Assembly: GCA_964482725.1 (NCBI GenBank)
Contig: CAYZYT010000006.1
Span: forward strand, 19,777 to 83,776
DNA from: an uncultured bacterium
GTDB taxonomy: Bacteria; Omnitrophota; Omnitrophia; Omnitrophales; Aquincolibacteriaceae
Length of the DNA: 64,000 nt
Direction: 5' to 3'
The notes beneath the pieces were generated by a model, which searched no databases, had not been told where the DNA came from, and saw only the letters and a program-made list of their open reading frames with translations. Of this stretch, positions 38,766-50,232 are shown piece after piece. Position numbers and translations under genes: made by a program. Position 1 is the first letter of the stretch; the number at the start of each line of letters is the position of its first letter.

Positions 38766-39764
38766 TCATTTCTTGTTAATGAATTCCATCATCCCGCGCA
38801 ACTGCGCGCCGACTTTTTCGATCCCGTGTTTTTCGCAATTTTCGCGCTGCTTCTTGAAATTCGGACGGCCCTTCTTGTTCTCCTCCATCCATTCCTTCGC
38901 GAATTTTCCGGACACGATCTCATCGAGCATCTTCTTCATTTCCTTGCGGGTGTCCTTCGTGATCACGCGCGGTCCGCGGCTATAACCACCGTACTCCGCG
39001 GTATCGGAAACGCGGCGATACATGCCGCTGATCCCGTGCACGAACATGGCATCCACAATGAGTTTCACTTCATGGAGACATTCGAAATAGGCCATCTCCG
39101 GCTGGTAACCAGCCTCAACCAAGGTATCAAAACCCGCCGTGATCAGATCGCTCAAGCCACCGCAAAGCACCGCCTGCTCGCCGAAAAGATCGGTTTCGGT
39201 CTCTTCTTTAAAAGTGGTTTCGATCACGCCCGCGCGCGCGCCACCGATCGCCTTCGCATACGCGAGGCCAATCTGGAGCGCTTTGCCGCTGGGATTCTGC
39301 TTTACCGCCACGAGGCAGGGTACGCCGCCGCCTTCTACGAACTGGGAACGCACGAGGGAACCCGGCCCTTTGGGTGCGACCATGAAGACATCGATGTCCT
39401 GTGAGGGCTTGATGTAACCAAAGTGAATGTTAAAGCCGTGGGAAAAACAAAGTGATTTTCCGGCTTTCATGTACGGCGCGATATACTTTTCATAGATCTC
39501 GGCCTGGAGATGATCCTGCGTCAGGATCTGGATAATATCCGCTTGCTGGGCCGCTTCACTCGCACCCATGGGCTTAAAACCATCCTTCACCGCCTGTTCA
39601 TAGTTCGGCGTCCCGGGGATCTCAGAGACGATCACATCCACGCCCGAATCACGGAGGTTCAGTCCCTGACCGCGGCCCTGGATCCCGTAACCGATGATCG
39701 CGACTTTCTTGCCCTTCAGAAGGTTCAAATCCGCATCTTTGTCGTAATAAATTTTGACTGCCAT
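38766..39764 (-). CDS. ilvC: Ketol-acid reductoisomerase
   Basis: It has MAVKIYYDKDADLNLLKGKKVAIIGYGIQG. The start at the internal ATG is checked. Confidence 0.95.
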   Translation of the reverse strand: MAVKIYYDKDADLNLLKGKKVAIIGYGIQGRGQGLNLRDSGVDVIVSEIPGTPNYEQAVKDGFKPMGASEAAQQADIIQILTQDHLQAEIYEKYIAPYMKAGKSLCFSHGFNIHFGYIKPSQDIDVFMVAPKGPGSLVRSQFVEGGGVPCLVAVKQNPSGKALQIGLAYAKAIGGARAGVIETTFKEETETDLFGEQAVLCGGLSDLITAGFDTLVEAGYQPEMAYFECLHEVKLIVDAMFVHGISGMYRRVSDTAEYGGYSRGPRVITKDTRKEMKKMLDEIVSGKFAKEWMEENKKGRPNFKKQRENCEKHGIEKVGAQLRGMMEFINKK

Positions 39765-39847
39765 TTTATTTTCCTTTCTTATGAGCTCAAAGTTCAAGGC
39801 TCAAAAAATTTTGAGCTTTGCGCCTTGCGCTCTGTGCTTTTTTTGAA

Positions 39848-40396
39848 TTATTTCTTTTTCGTTACTTTCTTCACTGCCGATTTTACTGTTTTTCCGCTAC
39901 TCTTCGAGGGTGCTTGGAGTTCGCCCCGGCGCGCCATCGCGATCTGCCCCGTCCGGACGACTTCTTTAAGATCGAACGGCCTCAAAAGCTCGAGCATGGC
40001 GTCGATCTTGCCTTCGCTTCCCGTCACCTCGATCGTCAGGGATTCCTGGCTTACATCCACGATCTTCGCGCGGAACGTATTCACGACATGCATGATGTCG
40101 TTGCGGCTCGTCGCATTCACTCCGATCTTGATCAGCACAAGCTCACGGGCGATCATGTCCTTCGCCGTAAGATCTTCCACACGGATCACATCCACAAGCT
40201 TATTCAGCTGCTTCATGATCTGCTCAACCACACGGTCATCTCCATTCGCGATCACGGTCATGCGCGACACTTCGGGGTCCTGGGTTTCCCCGACCGCCAG
40301 ACTATCGATATTGAACCCTCGCGCTGAAAAAAGTCCCGCCACGCGCGCCAAAACGCCAAAATGATTCTCCACCAAGACCGAGACTGTATGTTGCAT
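39848..40396 (-). CDS. ilvN: Acetolactate synthase small (regulatory) subunit
   Basis: It has an ACT domain (VSVLVENHFGVLARVAGLFSARGFNIDSL). Confidence 0.9.
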   Translation of the reverse strand: MQHTVSVLVENHFGVLARVAGLFSARGFNIDSLAVGETQDPEVSRMTVIANGDDRVVEQIMKQLNKLVDVIRVEDLTAKDMIARELVLIKIGVNATSRNDIMHVVNTFRAKIVDVSQESLTIEVTGSEGKIDAMLELLRPFDLKEVVRTGQIAMARRGELQAPSKSSGKTVKSAVKKVTKKK

Positions 40397-40490
40397 AAGA
40401 ACTCCTTTTCACTAGCGTTTAGGGTTTAGCGTATAGGGTTTAGAAAATCGAGGCTCTTCCTATCCCCTAACCCCTACACCCTACTATTTT

Positions 40491-42176
40491 TTAAGCCATA
40501 TCCATGATCTGGTCCAGGGCATTCCCGGCCGGAACCATCGGATACACATTTGCTTCTTTGGAAACAAGACACTGCACGACCACAGGACCTTTATGAGCCA
40601 GCGCCCTTTTGATCGCCGGGACCAATTCTTTTTTCTGCCGGACTTTAATCGCCAGGATCCCGTAAGCTTGCACTAATTTCACAAAATCAGGGTTGGTCGG
40701 ACCGATCACAGAACCCGAATAACGCCGCTTATAGAAAAGCTCCTGCCATTGGCGGACCATACCATAATAACCATTATCCAGAATGAACGTCTTGACCGGT
40801 ACTTTGTTATAGGCCGCGGTCGCAAGTTCGGTCATAGTCATCTGGAAAGATCCATCACCTTCAATGCACACCACGGTATCCTTCGGCCTTCCGAGCTGAG
40901 CCCCGATCGCCGCGGGAAAGCCATACCCCATGGTCCCCAGTCCACCGGAAGTGAGCATCGTGCGGGGCCGATTGAATCGATACCATTGCGCCGTCCACAT
41001 CTGATGCTGTCCAACCCCCGTGACCACGATCGCCTGGTGCTTCGTCAGCTCCCCGATCTTTTCGATCACATACGCAGGGTGGATCTTCTGACCCCCCTTC
41101 TCATATTTCATCGGATGCTTTTGTTTCCAAACTGCGATCTGGGCGAGCCATTCCTTCATGTCCGAACGTTTGTCCGAAACAAGCCCGCTCAGTTTTTCGA
41201 TCGCCCCCTTTACATCGCTCACCACGGGCACATGCACCCGAACGGTCTTCGAGATCGAAGAAGGATCGATATCGATATGAATGATCTTGGCGTGCGGGGC
41301 GAACTTCGCCACGTTACCGGTCACGCGATCGTCAAAACGCGCTCCAACCCCGATCAAAACATCGGAATTTTGTACTGCATAATTCGCGAAATGGGTGCCA
41401 TGCATCCCAAGCATCCTCAGAGATGACTCGTGTGTTTCCGGAAAGATCCCAAGTCCCAAAATCGTGGTCGTGATGGGGATCCCTGTTTTCTCCACAAACG
41501 CACGAAGCTCTTTTTCGGCTCCGGAAATAATAGCCCCGCCGCCCACATACAACACAGGCCGCTTGCTCCCCCGTATCAGTTCGGCGGCCTTCTGCAGCTG
41601 CTCATCCACTCCTTGGCATTCCACCTGGGGCTGGTAGCTTCGGATAAAAACATCCTTGGGCCACACAAACTCTGTCTTAGCGCGGCTGATATCCACAGGA
41701 AAATCGATCAGCACAGGCCCCGGCTTTCCCGTCGTAGCGATGTAGAAAGCTTCACGCACGATCCGCGCAATATCCCGAACATCTTTGATCAAGAAATTGT
41801 GTTTCGTGACGGGACGCGTGATCCCGACGATATCCACTTCCTGGAACGCGTCACTCCCGATCGCGTTCGTCGTCACTTGTCCGGTAATGCAAACCAACGG
41901 CACGGAATCCATATAAGCGGTCGCAAGACCGGTCACGGTGTTCGTGGCCGCAGGCCCTGAAGTCACCAAACAAACTCCGGGACGCCCCGTCGCTCGGGCA
42001 TACCCATCCGCCATATGAGTTGCGCCTTGCTCATGCTTGGTCAAGATCAGTTTGATCTTAGAATCATAGAGCACGTCGTAGGTGGGAAGAATAACCCCGC
42101 CCGGAAGCCCAAAGATATGCTCCACGCCTTCTTTTTCAAGACACTTGATCAGGATCTGAGCCCCGGTAAGTTTCAT
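40491..42176 (-). CDS. ilvB: Acetolactate synthase large subunit
   Basis: It is a ThDP enzyme of 561 aa with family blocks. Confidence 0.9.
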   Translation of the reverse strand: MKLTGAQILIKCLEKEGVEHIFGLPGGVILPTYDVLYDSKIKLILTKHEQGATHMADGYARATGRPGVCLVTSGPAATNTVTGLATAYMDSVPLVCITGQVTTNAIGSDAFQEVDIVGITRPVTKHNFLIKDVRDIARIVREAFYIATTGKPGPVLIDFPVDISRAKTEFVWPKDVFIRSYQPQVECQGVDEQLQKAAELIRGSKRPVLYVGGGAIISGAEKELRAFVEKTGIPITTTILGLGIFPETHESSLRMLGMHGTHFANYAVQNSDVLIGVGARFDDRVTGNVAKFAPHAKIIHIDIDPSSISKTVRVHVPVVSDVKGAIEKLSGLVSDKRSDMKEWLAQIAVWKQKHPMKYEKGGQKIHPAYVIEKIGELTKHQAIVVTGVGQHQMWTAQWYRFNRPRTMLTSGGLGTMGYGFPAAIGAQLGRPKDTVVCIEGDGSFQMTMTELATAAYNKVPVKTFILDNGYYGMVRQWQELFYKRRYSGSVIGPTNPDFVKLVQAYGILAIKVRQKKELVPAIKRALAHKGPVVVQCLVSKEANVYPMVPAGNALDQIMDMA

Positions 42177-42237
42177 GATCTTTTTTCCCTTTTTAGCCCT
42201 GCCGATTCGTTCGTTTGAACAAAAATCACGAGGAAGA

Positions 42238-43269
42238 TTAAACCGCGAAGAAATCCTTCACGCCTTTTTTGAATTTCCCCTTCCAATCCTTTGGCCCCTG
42301 GGCCACGGACGCTTCCCAACTTTGTCCCATCGTTTCCATCCAATCAAAAACAGATTTTTTAAACTCCAAGTCGTTCAGCTCCTCATCGTTTTTGTAATCC
42401 ACAAGGTGAAGCGGATAGCCTTTTTGCTGGAACTTTTCGAACCAAACCTGGTTCCGAGATCGAACCTCCCCGTCCGCTTTCAACGCGATATAAAAGGGCA
42501 CCTGATCGGCCGCATCGGAACGCGGATCGACCAATTGAGAAAAAGGTCCGTCCCATGCCTGGCCCAGTAAAGCAACGGCCGCGAATTCTTTGGGGTATTT
42601 GACCGCCAGGTAAGCGGCATAATGAGCCCCCAGATCTTTCCCGAGGAGATAAACGCGTTTTTTACTGATCGGAAATCGCTCCATCACATCTTTTTTTACG
42701 GAGAGGAGCCACGCGTCCAAGGTATAAGGCGTATCCCCGGCTTTCGGCCAGAGAACATAAGGCGCCAGGATAAAAACACTCTTTCTTTGAGCAAGCCCCG
42801 TCAAATATTCGATCTGTTGCTCTGCTTTTGCGGATTCTGCCGGCGCGATCATGATCATCGCATAGGTCCTGTCCGTCTTATAATCCTTGGGGGCAAAAAG
42901 AAAAACAGGATATTTGTAACCACTGACCTCCACCAAACCGGAAGGGTTCGAAGCGGCAAAGACTTGGTCTGCCGGCATATCTTGGGGAGCAACTTTTGGA
43001 GTTTCCAAAGCGGGTTGCCCTTCAGAAACTACGGCCGGAGCTCCTTGAGTCGGCGGAATAATCGCTTGAACGGGTTGCACGTCCGCGGGAACCTGCGGCG
43101 TCGCAGGAGACTCCGCGACAGCCTGAGTATCTTCGGGAGCCGGTAAAGTCTCATCATAGTTCGCTGCCGCTTTTTTTTCTTCAACCGTTTCGGCGCGCGC
43201 AGACACACTTAACGCGATTAAAAAAACGCTGAGAAAAAGGCACGAAACACTCTTGCGACAGTTATCCAT
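42238..43269 (-). CDS. Putative secreted alpha/beta-hydrolase or esterase with a Pro/Ala-rich N-terminal region
   Basis: It has a signal peptide, a low-complexity linker and then a fold typical of esterases (YLLGKDLGAHYAAYLAVKYP). My family assignment is weak. Confidence 0.4.
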   Translation of the reverse strand: MDNCRKSVSCLFLSVFLIALSVSARAETVEEKKAAANYDETLPAPEDTQAVAESPATPQVPADVQPVQAIIPPTQGAPAVVSEGQPALETPKVAPQDMPADQVFAASNPSGLVEVSGYKYPVFLFAPKDYKTDRTYAMIMIAPAESAKAEQQIEYLTGLAQRKSVFILAPYVLWPKAGDTPYTLDAWLLSVKKDVMERFPISKKRVYLLGKDLGAHYAAYLAVKYPKEFAAVALLGQAWDGPFSQLVDPRSDAADQVPFYIALKADGEVRSRNQVWFEKFQQKGYPLHLVDYKNDEELNDLEFKKSVFDWMETMGQSWEASVAQGPKDWKGKFKKGVKDFFAV

Positions 43270-43424
43270 TGGACCCTCGATCCCGTGGGGACTTAAATTG
43301 ACGTAACTCGCTGAAACAAAAGAGGTTGTTATTATATGGATAACCCTTGGCTTGTCAACGCGGCTAAAAAGCGCCCAAAAAGCACTCTTTCCTCTAGAAA
43401 TCGGGCCATTTCCGGAAGGTCAAG

Positions 43425-45217
<1,793 letters not shown>

Positions 45218-45222
45218 TCAAA

Positions 45223-45249
45223 GTGACGGTCACCGTGAGTGACTGTCAC
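45223..45249. promoter_or_regulatory. Tandem GTGAC-N-GTCAC palindromes in the eno leader
   Basis: gtgacggtcac and gtgactgtcac lie 5 nt apart. They sit between a TATAAT-like box (about 45298-45303, minus strand) and the AAGGAG ribosome-binding site. Confidence 0.5.
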
Positions 45250-45438
45250 CAAAGATTCGAGAGAAAATGCGTAAAAATTCCAGTAATTCGAGCCGTGATT
45301 ATAGCAAATCCTCGGAGGGTGTCCATCCTTGTCACCATTGGGCCAGATGCCCGCCACGGAGGGCTCCATCCCACCTTCGTGTCAGCGGGATGAAAAGAGT
45401 TGGGGCCATCCCCGCCGCAGCGGCAGTGCCACGCTATT

Positions 45439-45852
45439 CTATTCTTCCTCGGGTCGCCCCCGAAGTTTTTTAAGAGCGCCATGTCGCTGCTTGAGGGTAA
45501 GCATTTTGTCTTTCGCTCGTTTGGAACGTTTTCGCTTCTGCCTCCGGATCTTGGCGATCCTTTGGTCCTCCTCACTCTTCCGACCGAGGATCTGCCTTTC
45601 CAATTTTTCAGTCAACATCCGCCGCGCCCAGTACCGGTTCATGGCCTGCGTTCGTTCTTGCTGACATTTGAGGAAAAGGCCTGTGGGCCTGTGCTTCAGA
45701 ACCACGCACGTGGCTACTTTGTTGACGTTCTGCCCCCCCGGCCCTCCGGAGCACACGAACGATTCCTCAAAATCCTGCTCACGGATCCCCAGCCGCGCCA
45801 TTTTGAGCACAAGATCCTGTCGCTTTTTTTCTGATACTGGATAAATATTCAT
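45439..45852 (-). CDS. arfB: Alternative ribosome-rescue factor ArfB-like peptidyl-tRNA hydrolase (GGQ domain)
   Basis: It has SGGPGGQNVNKVAT and a basic C-terminal tail. The start is taken at MNIYP. Confidence 0.75.
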   Translation of the reverse strand: MNIYPVSEKKRQDLVLKMARLGIREQDFEESFVCSGGPGGQNVNKVATCVVLKHRPTGLFLKCQQERTQAMNRYWARRMLTEKLERQILGRKSEEDQRIAKIRRQKRKRSKRAKDKMLTLKQRHGALKKLRGRPEEE

Positions 45853-45984
45853 CGACCCTTTATGGACGGGACACGGCCCCCACCGCTCCTTCATTTCAAG
45901 GGCTGGCTGGGACTGCATCAAACTTCCTTAAAGCTTAATGAGCTGTTCCGTGCTTCCGGTTCACAGTTGCCAACGTGTGCGTTG

Positions 45985-46854
45985 CTAGAGTCCCCTTGCG
46001 AAATCAGGTCGTAGCGTGATGTCCCCGTCGATCGCCGCCTTGAGGGCCTTTAATAACATTGGTTTATCTTTCGGCAACGTTCCTTCGAGCGCTAAATAAT
46101 TCGAGGCATGGTCCGAACGGAAAAGGGTACGTTCGAGCTCAAGGCCCTGGATCATGTCGTAAGCCTCCTTCAACAATGCTTCCGAATCGAGCGCTAAAAA
46201 GTCTCCCTGCCGCTGCTCTTCCGAAAGAGGCGTGCCGGGAATAACCATCAGCGTAAGGAACGAGAGATAGCGCGGCTGCATCCGATTCAAGGCCTCGATC
46301 GTTCCCCGCACGTGTTCCGCGGAAAACTTCTTGCCCCCCAAGCCAAGAAGCACGATCACCGAAGACCGGATCCCCGCGCCTTCCGCCCTTTGCACCGCCT
46401 CGATCATTTCTTCCGCGCTTGAAGTTTTCCCGCACCGATCGAGCACGATCTGACTGCCGCTCTCAAGCCCCATGTAGATGAGGCTCAATTTGTGAGCGGA
46501 AAGCTCCTCTAATTCCCCGTCGCTTTTCCGGGCAATGTTCGATCCGTTCGCATAGCTGGAGACACGGGAAAGACGGGGGAAAGACTGCTCCAGCTTTTCC
46601 AATACAGGGACTAGCTTGCTATTGCTGAGAACGAGCGCGTCGCCATCCATCAAAAAAACACGCCTCGTTCCAGGAAAACTTCGAGCATAACGATCCACGT
46701 CCGAAAAAACCTCCCCGGGATCTTTGATGCGAAAGGGCTTTCTCTTGTACGCACCACAGAAACTGCACTGATCCGAAGAACATCCCAGAGTCACTTGCAG
46801 AAGAAAACTGTCGGCTTCGGCCGGGGGCCGTATCACAGGCTCAATGATCGTCAT
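45985..46854 (-). CDS. Radical SAM domain protein with a non-canonical cysteine spacing
   Basis: It has GCSSDQCSFCG (CX4CX2C) followed by a glycine-rich SAM-binding region (LMDGDAL), and is 289 aa. Confidence 0.65.
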   Translation of the reverse strand: MTIIEPVIRPPAEADSFLLQVTLGCSSDQCSFCGAYKRKPFRIKDPGEVFSDVDRYARSFPGTRRVFLMDGDALVLSNSKLVPVLEKLEQSFPRLSRVSSYANGSNIARKSDGELEELSAHKLSLIYMGLESGSQIVLDRCGKTSSAEEMIEAVQRAEGAGIRSSVIVLLGLGGKKFSAEHVRGTIEALNRMQPRYLSFLTLMVIPGTPLSEEQRQGDFLALDSEALLKEAYDMIQGLELERTLFRSDHASNYLALEGTLPKDKPMLLKALKAAIDGDITLRPDFARGL

Positions 46855-46986
46855 CTAGCTCCCGCCCCACTGTTTATGGATCTCGTTCCCGCAAGACCGT
46901 CAGGTTCTCCCCAAGACCCACCGCCCGCGCGGCGTTCCTCGCCGCCAAGACGCCCTTGTACGGATCCCACGATACACGATACCGCT

Positions 46987-47616
46987 TCACACCTTCTTCT
47001 TTTTTCTTTTAAACAGAGATTCGGAAAACACCAGGAGGGGAATGATCCAAAAAATGTCCGCGGACATCACGGGATGGGCCTGTGACAAAAAAATCGAGAT
47101 CGATGCAACGAAAATAAAAAAGAGGCACTTGTTCCTTCCGAAGGCTATATCCAGATCACTCATCCCGGCGTCCACCAGATGCCGCTTTCTCGTCGCATAG
47201 ATCCAATTCGTTAAAAAAAGCACCCCCACGATGAACAAATTTGTCCCAAAGACGATCTCTGCGAGATTTTGGTCCGGAAATTCGGTCACAAGCGAAGTCG
47301 AAAAAGGGAAAAGAGCCACAAAGAACAACGTCACAATATTAATCCAGATATGCAAGGAGTCCGTCCGCCTGATGAAATGGGCCTGCTCGTGATGCTGGAT
47401 CCAGAAAATCGCCAACAAGGCAAAGCTGAGCGCGTAATTGATAATATCGTGGATCTTCAAATACAGCATCCCCATAAAGCCGGAATCATGCAGCACGGTC
47501 TCCCTCTGAGGGACAACAACCGTCATCACCAAAAGCGTCATCACGATCGCGAAGATCCCGTCCACGAGCGTTTCCAACCTGTTTTTCTCCATAAAATATT
47601 TATCGAATTGATTCAT
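46987..47616 (-). CDS. TMEM175/DUF1211-family putative potassium channel
   Basis: It has RLETLVDGIFAIVMTLLV, the DUF1211 signature, and six TM segments. Confidence 0.7.
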   Translation of the reverse strand: MNQFDKYFMEKNRLETLVDGIFAIVMTLLVMTVVVPQRETVLHDSGFMGMLYLKIHDIINYALSFALLAIFWIQHHEQAHFIRRTDSLHIWINIVTLFFVALFPFSTSLVTEFPDQNLAEIVFGTNLFIVGVLFLTNWIYATRKRHLVDAGMSDLDIAFGRNKCLFFIFVASISIFLSQAHPVMSADIFWIIPLLVFSESLFKRKKKKV

Positions 47617-47716
47617 TAAAAAACCTCCGTTTTAAACCGGTCGGATCGGTCCGACAGGTCATAGGGCCACGATCCAACGGCTTGTGGCGAGCATGATTGA
47701 GGCCGACCTAAGCCGT

Positions 47717-48286
47717 TCATTTCTTGGACAGTACAAGATTCAGAGCTTGGGGATAGATCTCGTATTCGAGGCTGTGGATACGCGCTTCAAGGGTTTCGAG
47801 CGTGTCATGGGAAAGCACGGGGACAGTACGCTGCAGAATGACGGGACCGGTGTCGACGCCGGTATCCACGAAGTGAACCGTCACACCGGTTTCTTTCACC
47901 TTCGCATCCCAAGCATCCTTGATCGCGTGAGCCCCCGGGAATGCCGGAAGAAGCGCGGGATGGATATTGATAAGCCGCCCACTGTGTTTTTTGACGAATC
48001 CTTCAGTCAGCACACGCATGAAGCCGGCAAGGACGATGAGGTCCACCTTATGCTTTTCAAGACATTCGCTTAGAGCCTGATCAAAAAGCTCCCGCGTCGC
48101 GTAATCTTTATGGGAGATCACGGCTGAAGGAACGCCAAGTTCCCTCGCTCGATCAAGCGCCTTCACTCCGGGCTTGTTGGAGATCACGATCGTCGCCTCC
48201 GCATGGATCTCGCCGGACCTGATCTTCTTGATCAGGTTTTCAGCGTTAGTTCCGCTACCTGAGACTAGAAATGCAATGCGTTTCAT
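47717..48286 (-). CDS. purN: Phosphoribosylglycinamide formyltransferase
   Basis: It has MKRIAFLVSGSGTNAENL and the formyl-transferase core. Confidence 0.9.
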   Translation of the reverse strand: MKRIAFLVSGSGTNAENLIKKIRSGEIHAEATIVISNKPGVKALDRARELGVPSAVISHKDYATRELFDQALSECLEKHKVDLIVLAGFMRVLTEGFVKKHSGRLINIHPALLPAFPGAHAIKDAWDAKVKETGVTVHFVDTGVDTGPVILQRTVPVLSHDTLETLEARIHSLEYEIYPQALNLVLSKK

Positions 48287-48981
48287 TCTGGTTCCCTCTT
48301 AGGCAATACACTTTTACGATCTTTCCCTGAAACTAAAACCACCATCTCCCCTTTGCGAGGTTTTTGCGTCATATCCCGAATAAGCTCGGACAGATTTCCG
48401 CGCAAGACTTCTTCAAATTTTTTTGAGATCTCGCGAGCGACGGCAGCCTCACGATCCCCAAAAACCTCCAGAGCATCCTGAAGCATTTTCACGATCCGAA
48501 AGGGCGACTCAAAAAAAATGAGCGTTTCTTCCCGCTCCGCGAGCGACTGAAGCTCATGTCTCCGCCGCTCGCCTTTATTCGAAAGAAAGCCGAGAAAGCT
48601 GAAACTGTCGGTCGGAAGACCGCTTAAAACGAGCGCGGTCGTAACCGCTGACGGCCCAGGCAATACTTCCAGAGACAGCCCCTCTGCGAGTACCGCATGA
48701 ACGATCTGGAACCCCGGATCCGAAACAAGCGGCATACCGCCATCGGAAACAAGCGCCAGATGCTTTCCTTCCTTCAGGAGCGCCACAAGCCCCGCCGTTT
48801 TTTGCGCCGAATTGTGGTCATGATAGCTCAGAAGCTGTTTGGCGATCCCGTAATGCTGGAGAAGCTTCAATGTCTGGCGCGTATCCTCACAAACAATGAT
48901 GTCCGCCTGCTTTAAAACTTCCAGAGCTCTTAACGTAATGTCCCCGAGATTGCCAATGGGGGTTGGGACAATGCTTAACAT
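48283..48981 (-). CDS. rsmI: 16S rRNA (cytidine1402-2'-O)-methyltransferase
   Basis: It has the tetrapyrrole-methylase-fold N-terminus (LSIVPTPIGNLGDITLRALEVLKQADIIVCEDTR). Confidence 0.85.
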   Translation of the reverse strand: MLSIVPTPIGNLGDITLRALEVLKQADIIVCEDTRQTLKLLQHYGIAKQLLSYHDHNSAQKTAGLVALLKEGKHLALVSDGGMPLVSDPGFQIVHAVLAEGLSLEVLPGPSAVTTALVLSGLPTDSFSFLGFLSNKGERRRHELQSLAEREETLIFFESPFRIVKMLQDALEVFGDREAAVAREISKKFEEVLRGNLSELIRDMTQKPRKGEMVVLVSGKDRKSVLPKREPE

Positions 48982-49146
48982 GTTCTGGTTTTTCTTTCTT
49001 CGTTATTTCCATCCACCCTGTTTTTCAACCGATCTGTTGTAAGGCTACAGTAACGATGCCCGTTTCGTTTACCGGTTACGGTTGTCGTATTTTTATAATT
49101 AACGTTACCGTTGCCATAACCGATACGGGCTTCTTTCCCCTTACCG

Positions 49147-50154
49147 TTACCGATTTCGTTCCAGCACATAATCGGCAAGCTGCTCAAGGCTTGTCCTGAA
49201 AACAGACGGCGGAAAAACCTCAAGTTCGTGTTTCGCCATCGCCATAAACGCTTGGGCCTTCACAAGCGCGTAATCCAAAGCCCCACACTTTTCAAGGGTC
49301 TCCCGGAGCATCGAAAAACGGCGCTTCTGACTACGAGAATAAAGAATGCGAACAACTTTGTCCCGCTCCCCCGACGCAAGACAATGGATCACGGGAAGCG
49401 TATAGACGCCTTCCTCCAAGTCGGAGCCTAGGGTCTTGCCGAATTCGCTTTCTTTACCGGAGAAATCCAGAGTGTCATCCGTGATCTGAAACGCCATCCC
49501 GAAGAATTTCCCAAACCGTCCAAGCGCTTCTGCTTTTTCGGGTGCGATCCCCCAAATGAGCGCTCCGGTCTGGAGCGCGCACGCCAGAAGCGACGCCGTT
49601 TTCTTACCGATGATCTCAAGATGGATCTCTTCGGTCACATTGATGTTCTTTTTTTCACTGATCTCCTGAACCTCCCCTTCACAGATCTCCCCGGCGGTCC
49701 TCAGGAAAAGCGGGATGATTTGATCATTGCCATAGCGAAAGATCGTCACGATAGCGCGATCATGAAAGTAATCCCCCGCGAGCACCGCCGCCTGCGGGCC
49801 TGATTTAATGTGAAGCGCTGAAACCCCCCGTCGCAACGGAGCCGAATCGATAATGTCATCATGAATGAGCGTCGCCGCGTGGAAGATCTCGGTCGCCGCC
49901 GCAAGATAAAGTTCCGCCGTTTCATTGCGCTCCGAGGGGACCCCGTGCTCTGGCCGCAGGGATCGGGCCAGGCCGGCCCCCAGGAGGATCAGAGCAGGTC
50001 GCAAAAGCTTCCCATGCTTCGAAAAAAAATGGTCGACCATTTCGCGCATCTTGAGGATGGGAGTGTCGAGCGTCTCCCGGATGAGCGCCGGAACACGCCT
50101 GAGACCGGTTTGGACAGGAACGTAAATATCTTCTAGAGTGAGAGTGTTTTTCAT
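49147..50154 (-). CDS. Polyprenyl diphosphate synthase (IspB-like)
   Basis: It has DDxxD motifs (LIHDDIIDSAPLRRG and DD further along). The start is at the internal ATG (MKNTLTLEDIY). Confidence 0.8.
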   Translation of the reverse strand: MKNTLTLEDIYVPVQTGLRRVPALIRETLDTPILKMREMVDHFFSKHGKLLRPALILLGAGLARSLRPEHGVPSERNETAELYLAAATEIFHAATLIHDDIIDSAPLRRGVSALHIKSGPQAAVLAGDYFHDRAIVTIFRYGNDQIIPLFLRTAGEICEGEVQEISEKKNINVTEEIHLEIIGKKTASLLACALQTGALIWGIAPEKAEALGRFGKFFGMAFQITDDTLDFSGKESEFGKTLGSDLEEGVYTLPVIHCLASGERDKVVRILYSRSQKRRFSMLRETLEKCGALDYALVKAQAFMAMAKHELEVFPPSVFRTSLEQLADYVLERNR

Positions 50155-50232
50155 AAGCGAACGCATTATACAACAAATAAACAACAGCGGGAAACGTGGA
50201 ACGGGGAACGTAAAAACTTTTTTCGTTAAGCG

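Noticed and set aside
39720-39740. tRNA-like T-arm sequence GGTTCAAATCC on the plus strand
   Set aside because: It lies inside the conserved N-terminal coding region of ilvC. No acceptor, D-arm or anticodon-arm pairing is present upstream. It is coincidental.
45441-45475. Plus-strand hairpin plus T6 that resembles a rho-independent terminator
   Set aside because: It overlaps the last codons of arfB on the opposite strand, and no plus-strand transcript is supported anywhere in the window. It is most likely a fortuitous structure inside coding sequence.
48975-49223. Minus-strand ORF encoding a Gly/Asn/Lys-rich 82-aa peptide (GNGKGKE...GYGNGNVNYKNTTTVTGKRNGH)
   Set aside because: It is the translation of the TACCG/AACGG word repeat in the rsmI-ispB spacer and it overlaps the ispB 3' end. 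It is not a real gene.
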